This document shows, in pieces, positions 56,163 to 64,000 of a stretch of 64,000 nucleotides of DNA. The position numbers and the translations under genes were made by a program. The stretch is from Octopus sinensis (Eukaryota). The first letter of the stretch is position 1; each line of letters opens with the position of its first letter. The stretch lies in assembly GCF_006345805.1 (NCBI RefSeq), contig NC_043008.1:31062001-31126000 (forward strand). Reading direction: 5' to 3'. A model generated the notes under the pieces. The model had not been told where the DNA came from, searched no databases, and saw only the letters and a program-made list of their open reading frames with translations.

Positions 56163-56971
56163 CTCTCATTCTTTTACCTGTTTTAGTCATGTCACTGCAG
56201 CCATGCTGGAGCATCACCTTGAAGAGTTTTAGGCGAATGAATCGGCCCCACCACTTATTTTTTAAAACCAGATACTTACTTTATTGGTCTGTTTGCCGAA
56301 CCGCGAGGTTACAAGGACGTCATCACACTAACACCGGTTGTCAAGCGGTGAAGGGGGAAAAACACACACATTGATACTGGCTGTAGGGTAATTAGCTTGC
56401 TTACCAACCACATGGTTCCGGGTTCAGTCCCACTGCGTGGCACCTTGGGCAAATGTCTTCTACTATAGCCACTGGCCGACCAAATCTTTGTGAATGGATG
56501 TGGTAGACGGAAACTGAAAGAAGCTGTCGTAGATATACATATGTGTTTGTATGTGTGTGTGTGTGTCTGTGTGTGTGTATGTTTGTGTGTCTGTGTGTGT
56601 GTGTGTCTGTGTTTGTGTGTCTGTGTGTCTGTGTATGTTTGTGTGTCTATGTCTCCACAACATCGCTTAACAACTGCTGGTGTGTTTACGTCTCCAGAAC
56701 CTAGCGGTTCGGCAAAAGATACCGATAGAATATGTACTAGGCTTACAAAGATTAAGTCCTGCGGTCAATTTGCTCGACTGAAAGCGTTGCTCCAGCATGG
56801 CCGCAGTCAAATGACTGAAACAAATAAAAGAATTAAAGAACATATATATTCTTTGATTTTCGACCCCAGGACTTATTCTTTGTAAGACTAGTACTTATTC
56901 TATTGGTTTTTTGCCGAACCGCTAAGTTTCGGGGACGTAAACACACCAACATCGGTGGGGAGCAAACTCAG

Positions 56972-57021
<50 letters not shown>

Positions 57022-57172
57022 GACGGGCTTCTTTCAGTTTCCGTCTACTAAATCCACTCACAAGGCTTTAGTCGGCCGAGGCTATAGAAGAAGACACTTG
57101 CCCAAGGTGCCACGCAGTGAGACTGAACCTGGAACCATGTGGCTGAGAAGCAAACGTCTTACCACACAGCCC
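56163..57172. mobile_element. Three adjacent SINE B copies: 56163-56370 (-), 56380-56845 (+), 56858-57172 (-)
   Basis: Similarity to 39472-39888. Confidence 0.85.
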
Positions 57173-57319
57173 TGCCTGCATACATATAGATACAATATTC
57201 TTGATGTAAAAACAAGTTTTATCTTGGGAGACTCATGACGTCAATAACTAACACACATGCAACGCGTGTGCTTCTTATTAGCAAAGTGGTCCTCCCAAGA
57301 TACAACAACCTAGGTAGAT

Positions 57320-57580
<261 letters not shown>

Positions 57581-58579
57581 GACACGCGCGCGCATGTACG
57601 CACACATGACAGGCTTCCGTACAAATGTTAAGATTCCGTCCACCAAATTCTCTTCTGAATGCTCACACACACAAGCACGTTGTCCGCGCACGCGCGAATA
57701 CACAACTGGAGGCTAAGATAGAAGACACTTTCCCCAAAGTGTGACGCAGTGGGATCTAATGGGAAAGCAAGTGTTGGCGAAGTAAACTTTTTTAACAAGG
57801 TAGCTATAACCTGCTCTTATCTGCTGTTTGCATTCGAATCATTCGCTTAATATTTTTGTTTCGTTTATTTATTATTGTTGTAATTGTAGGTTCTTTATTT
57901 CTATATGCTTATATTTTCTTCACCAAGTTGCTACTTTTTCTCTCCTGTTTTATTTCATTTTGGTAATGTTGGCCCGCTTTCTTATTTTTTTGCTGTTCTT
58001 GCCTTCTTTTTAATGTTATGCTTTCTTCCGATCATATCTTTCTCACTTATTTTACCTCTTTTTTTTGCTTCTTTAATTCTTCCTATCTTTCTGTTTCTTT
58101 AGCTTTCTGGGTTTTCTTTGTTTGTTTTTTCTGTATTTATCAAGTAATTTTCTTGAGTTATATTTATTTATATGAGAGTAATATTATAATGATAAACATA
58201 TAAATAGGCAAGAGTGTGTACACAAATGTATTATGCATATACGTATACAAACGTATGCAAACAGAGAAAACTATTAAAACTCATAATGAGTATGTATATG
58301 CCTATGTATTTATATATTTACATTTAAATACACACACATAAACATACGCACAAACACACACACACCAAGCTAAATATATATACCCACATAGACAGACAGA
58401 TAGGCAGGCAGACACACAGACAAACAGGTACAGTCAAATAAAGAAAGGAAGAAAGAAACAGAAAGGGTGAATGTACGGGTGAGAAAGGTGCCACGTCTTG
58501 TATGTATATTTTGGTGAAAAGAAATAACTTTTTAATTCTGTTTTATTTGTGTTTCTTATTTCACTGTATGGAATATATG

Positions 58580-58588
58580 CACATACGT

Positions 58589-58627
<39 letters not shown>

Positions 58628-58830
58628 TACATACATACATACATACATACATACATACATACATACATACACACACATACATACATACATACAAACATAT
58701 ATACACACACACACCCACATACATACATACATACATACATACATACATACATACATACATACATACATACATACATACATACATACATACTTACATACAT
58801 ACATACATACATGCATGCATGCATACATAC
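58580..58830. repeat. (CA)n(CATA)n array
   Basis: Direct reading. Confidence 0.98.
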
Positions 58831-60099
58831 ATACGTTATATATTTTCTGAGTAAAACGTTCCACCTTCTTTGAGCAGGGTGAAAAAGTAGATATTGGAAA
58901 TGTATTTTAATGTATAGAATAACGCATAGTATTGGTAACCTTTAGTCAGTATCGTGCCAAAAACGACAGCTTTTCCAGCATTGCATGCCAACACTTAATT
59001 AATTCGCACTAAATATGTAAACTTACGCATGCTTCTTTATAGACTACTGTCAAATATTACTTTGCTATTTCCGTTATCAATAAACTGCTATCAAGTGCTA
59101 TTTCTGAAGAGAGCAAGGGGGAGCCAGAACGGCTGGTTTGGTAATTAAGCAAAAAATCAACTGAAAGATCGCTAGATCGTTCCTTATTCAGGTTGTTGTA
59201 TCCGAGCTTTTCTTTCTTTGTTTCGTCGACTAGCAGTGCTGAGTTCGTGTTTTTTTCTGTAGATAAAGCTTTCTATCAAAAGGAAGATTAATTATTCATT
59301 TGCTTAAAGCTACAAAATCACAAGGATTTTTTGTTTGTTTGTTTTTGTATTTTTTGCTGTTGTTTTTTTTTTTCTTTTTTTAAACTTGGTCATACAGAGA
59401 AGGGCAGCACCCATGAATGTTTTTATATCCTTATGTAGGGCTGGGATCGGTAAAAGGCAGGATGCGAAAGTTATCCTCAGACAGGAAACTTGGTCCAAAT
59501 GCTTTTGCAAGCCTTTTGGTCATGATAGCAATCCTTTGGAGCCATGTGTTTTATAATACCATTAACTTTGGTTACTAATTCTACTGCCACTGTTATAAAT
59601 TCCCTAATTCTACAGAAAAACATATTGTTAATCTTTCGCTGTTGTATTTGTTCGACTCGGTACAAAATTCAAATGCAGAACTGTTCACTTGAAAGATTTC
59701 GGATTGCATCAAGAAAAATTGTTATTCATTTGATTAGAAATAGATCCCTCAAGAACACAGAATCTAGGGCATGAGCTAATGAGAATGCCTTTGTCTAGTT
59801 GCTCGTCTTAAATAGCTCACAGGTCCTTAGATAGCCGAACCTGTAGTTGATGTTTAGTCAACAGTAACTCTTAGCTGTTCTCAATGAGGATGTCACGGCT
59901 GATTAGTGATAGCTCCCTGAGCAACACACAACTCTACCTAGCGCATGAGCCAATGAGAACTTCTACGTGGTTGTTCGAACAGGCAAGCCTCTTTCAAATG
60001 AAACCAAGCCACCTTAGAAAATGAAACATTAGATAATGTGGTAATGGGATTTCCTATAAATGCAAAAGTGGAATGCTCACAGAACCGACCTTGGGTTAA

Positions 60100-61050
60100 A
60101 CAACAACCAAAGAAACACGGATACGCAGTTAAATGTACTGATTTTTCTACCTAATTTTAATTGATTCTTTTCATCTATATTAGAAAGGTGCGTACCAATT
60201 CTTTTCACGCTTACTTGAAGCACTTTGATATTTGACCACCATTTTCCTATTGATCTTACCCATTTAGATCCTGAAGTAAACAAATTCTCAATCCGTTTTA
60301 CTTATAACTACTCTATTCTGAAATCCCTTTCTTTCATACGATTTACCTACCTTCATCAACTTAAAGACTTTCAAAGATATTGCATCGATCTTATACATCA
60401 CAAGAGCCTTGCAAGTGTCACAGGAATTGTCCAAATCCGATTAATCAACTATAAAATATCTGATAATTCATTAACTATACTATTTTTGTTGTTTAGTCTC
60501 GGACTAAATAGCTCCTATTGAATGTATACAACATTTCAAGTGTATGGAAACGCTGTAAAAGCCAGATATATTCACACTATCAAAGCTGTTGGTTAAAGAC
60601 ACAATGCTAATACCCTTAGACCCATAGCTCTCATTCTTTTGATGTCGTAAGTAACCGGAGTTCAAAACATTATTGACGCACATCGCAAGATATTTAAAGT
60701 AACTATATATTTAAAGTTTAAGTTTAAAAAAAATATGTATAAAACTATTACTTACATTTATTTTCTTAACAATACTTATGGTAACAAAATTATCTCTAAT
60801 ATCTTTAACACGTCTTTAGCTGCTCAAGAGTCGCTATAGATTCTCTAAGACCTTAATTTACATATCTAAAAATCCAAAAATCATCTAGCCACCACTTGCA
60901 TGCACCATTTTAGAAACATTAACCTAATCATTTCCCAGGAAAGACTTAGAGAACAAAACATAGTTTTGAAAATCTAATCGTCTGTCTTCGTGAAAGCCTA
61001 ACACCTGCTTCAAAGATGGAGAGAAATCACCAACAAAAGTGAAGAATGTT
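60100..61050 (-). pseudogene. Very degenerate LINE reverse transcriptase remnant
   Basis: SLTNSFDSVN (D..KAFDSV-like) and VKRIENLFTSGS (F.YLGS-like) occur in the expected order. Confidence 0.35.
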
Positions 61051-61199
61051 GAATCCAATCACAAACGTATTTACATCCTTATAAGATGGCACAGTGACAT
61101 ACGATTACACGTATACACTATTCGATACAATGATACAAACAAAAGGTTTACATGCACATATACATATATACACACAATATATATATATTATATATATAC

Positions 61200-61305
<106 letters not shown>

Positions 61306-61578
61306 TTTATTTAAAGCAGCAGAAAATACCACTGGTATTTGAGTACTCTTTTTTCCACCTTGTTTCACATTTATGTGTTTACTCCGGTATATATATATAT
61401 ATATATGTGGTGTGTGTGGTGGTGTTGTGGGTGTATATTATACATATATAATATATTCTTTTATTTTTTTACTTGCTTCACTCATTTGCTGCGGCCGAGC
61501 TGGAGTGCCAACTTTAGTTGAACAAATCGATCCCAGGACTTATTCTTTGTAAACCTAGTATATATTCTATCGCTCCCT

Positions 61579-61628
<50 letters not shown>

Positions 61629-61780
61629 TGTGTGTGTGCTTGTGTGTGTGTGTGTGTGTGTGTGCTTGTGTGTGTGCTTGTGTGTGTGTTTGTGTGTCTG
61701 TGTGTTCAATATGTGACCGCGTGTGTATCGTTGGCGATTTTCTTTCTCCAGCTTCCCTTTTTAGACCTTTCCTTTTTCTA

Positions 61781-61818
61781 TGATTCTGATGAAGAGCACC
61801 GCTCGAAACGTTAAATCC
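61781..61818 (+). ncRNA. Minimal hammerhead-like motif in a probable PLE pseudo-LTR
   Basis: GATT-CTGATGA-A-GAGC(ACC)GCTC-GAA-ACGT-T-AAATC: canonical core, extra A before stem II, palindromic ACGT stem III, weak stem I. Confidence 0.6.
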
Positions 61819-61911
61819 TCCTTCTTTCCTTTCCTGAGCGTCCAATAACACTATACTTGTTCCACCTCCTCGCGTTGTTGTGTGTTTTCTGTTGTTCATG
61901 TTTGAGTAACT

Positions 61912-61977
<66 letters not shown>

Positions 61978-62144
61978 ATATGAAGTATAATTAGAATTAA
62001 TATTAATATTCTCAAAAAATATTTGTTAATACAACGTTATCAAGGTTATCCAAAATTAATGAAATTCCAACTTATAATTCACTAACCAAAAGAACACCAT
62101 CTAATTTTTCTGGTCACATTCCTTGTTGTGTGTGTGTGTGTGTG

Positions 62145-62178
<34 letters not shown>

Positions 62179-62601
62179 GTGTGTGTCTCTGTGTGTCTCT
62201 GTGTGTCTCTGTGTTTGTGTGTACGTATGTGTGTGTATTGAAATATGAAATTATAATAAATATTATCAACCATATATATTTAACGACAGAAGAACGTGTA
62301 CTTGCCGGTGGGCTGTGACCTGGAGTGATAGAGAATACTCTCTGAGAATACTGGGAGTTAAAAAACCTGAAAGTTAGCACAGGCGAGACACCTCACTTCT
62401 GATACCATCTAGGAGTGATGGCTATTTTCTCCATTTTTTGTGGCTTATCGACATCACGTACGCGAACAGAATCGGAAATTAATCATTTCAGCAGGAGTTG
62501 TCTCTGCTGTCCATAACTTTCAGGTATTCTCTACCACGCCAAATCACAGTCTACCGTTAGAATATGTGGTTGATTATGAGTATGTGCTCGCGCGCGTATA
62601 C

Positions 62602-62702
<101 letters not shown>

Positions 62703-62719
62703 AAGATAGATAGATAGAT

Positions 62720-64000
62720 ATTAGAAAAAAATAAGGTATTCAGAGATCTGGATGATTGTACATATACAAATATTTATTAACATGTCACAGGTTTTTACAA
62801 ATCACATATGAGCGCTTTCATCTACTCTAATAGATTCTTCAGATTTAAATTTTGTGAAAGGATTTGTCTCTTTTTATAGTATTAGTGAATGGGATGGGAT
62901 GGGGAGAGAGAGGGGGAAAATTATGTGGAGTGTATTGGGTTGGAAAAGAGGGAGAGGAATGAGGAGATAGTGGAAGAAGAAAGTGAGGAGAGAGTATGTG
63001 CTAGTGTGTGTGTGTGTGTGTATGCGTGCTTGTGTGTGTGCCTGTGTATGTGAAAGGAAGCGTTTTGAACAAGAGACAAAGAGAAAAGGAAAAGAATATA
63101 TATTTTAAGTAGGTGGCTAGAACAGATGCTTACTTTGGTTCAGCCAGCTTACCAGGGGTCTGAAAGAAAAATGTTTTCAAAGTGAAAAAGTGTGTTTTTT
63201 CTTAATGTCAATGGAAAAGAGAAGGAAAGAAAGGAAGAAAGAAAGAAGAAAAAAATGTGTTTATATCTATACAGTAGGTCAGTTCTTTTAATAGAAGATG
63301 GCAAGTTGATTCTTAGTCTGTAAAAATGACAAGACCAGGTGGTTACTATAAGGAGGGGGTCTGTTTTGATGAGGAATAATGAAAGTTATTTTTCAAAAAA
63401 TCGTTTGAACTTATCATCATCATCATCATCATCATTGTCCAATGCTTGATTTCCATGCTGGTATGGGTTGGAAAATCTGGATGCAAGAATATTTCTATTT
63501 ATGTATATACAAACACACACACACACACACATATGCATATATCTTAGGGCTCCAGATAGGTTTATAAGGAAGTTGATGTGATTTTCATATTTTCAGCCAT
63601 TCAGTTTGGGGGAGAATTTTGCTATGAAGCGTTGTTCCATATTTTTTTCTGAAGAAGGTGTCATTCCTTGGGCATTTATAGAAGGGAAAGATTTTGAATC
63701 TTCCTTCTCCACATGTTTCTTAGTGATTACTTAGTGGAATTTTTGTAACTCTCCCTGTTGGATATGTTGTCGGTGAATTCTGGCTCGTTGGCGTAAAGAA
63801 TTGCCAGTTTCACCTCTATAGTTCTCCTTGCATGTGGGACAAGTTATGCAATATTTTCAGTTTTGTGTCTTGAATTCATGTTTGCATTTGCTTTGAATGT
63901 GTGTCCACTCTTAAATTTTATTTGGTTGTTTTCCTCTATATATTTGTAGATGGGGTTACTGCAGATCCCACATCTACTATCGCCACATTCTTTCATAAAG
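62720..64000 (-). mobile_element. Penelope-like element 3' part (GIY-YIG remnant 63590-64000, pseudo-LTR with hammerhead)
   Basis: ECGDSRCGIC..; after frameshifts TCPTCKENYRGETGNSLRQRARIHRQHI..FKIFPFYK..MEQRFIAKFSPKLNG. Confidence 0.85.
62806..62846 (-). ncRNA. Type I minimal hammerhead ribozyme
   Basis: AAAT-CTGAAGA-ATCTA(TTAGAG)TAGAT-GAA-AGCGCT-C-ATAT: 5-bp stem II, palindromic stem III, CUC triplet, stem I 3/4; AATAAA downstream. Confidence 0.72.

Overview
Repeat-saturated, AT-rich eukaryotic DNA. The SINE families, Dong/R4, Tx1 and Penelope elements and the very high microsatellite load resemble an Octopus genome (inference, not verified). I could not support any host protein-coding gene, tRNA/rRNA gene or CRISPR array, and most ORFs in the supplied track are translated microsatellites. 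The window holds one near full-length but disabled Tx1/L1-clade LINE (~44.8-51.2 kb) plus three older relatives, Dong/R4 fragments, three Gypsy remnants (one with both LTRs, PBS, PPT and TSD), a TSD-flanked hAT-like element, Tc1/mariner and TTAA MITEs, Penelope-like (PLE) fragments and many SINEs. Most interesting: (1) six type I hammerhead-ribozyme-like motifs read by eye, including one fully canonical, one with a ~97-nt stem II, and two with a compensated U3-A8 core; (2) a 44-nt GTAAGT...CTAAT...AG spacer between Tx1 ORF1 and ORF2 whose removal would fuse the ORFs in frame; (3) several fold-back structures, including a near-perfect 225-bp SINE palindrome. All structures and homologies were read manually; no search or folding program was run.
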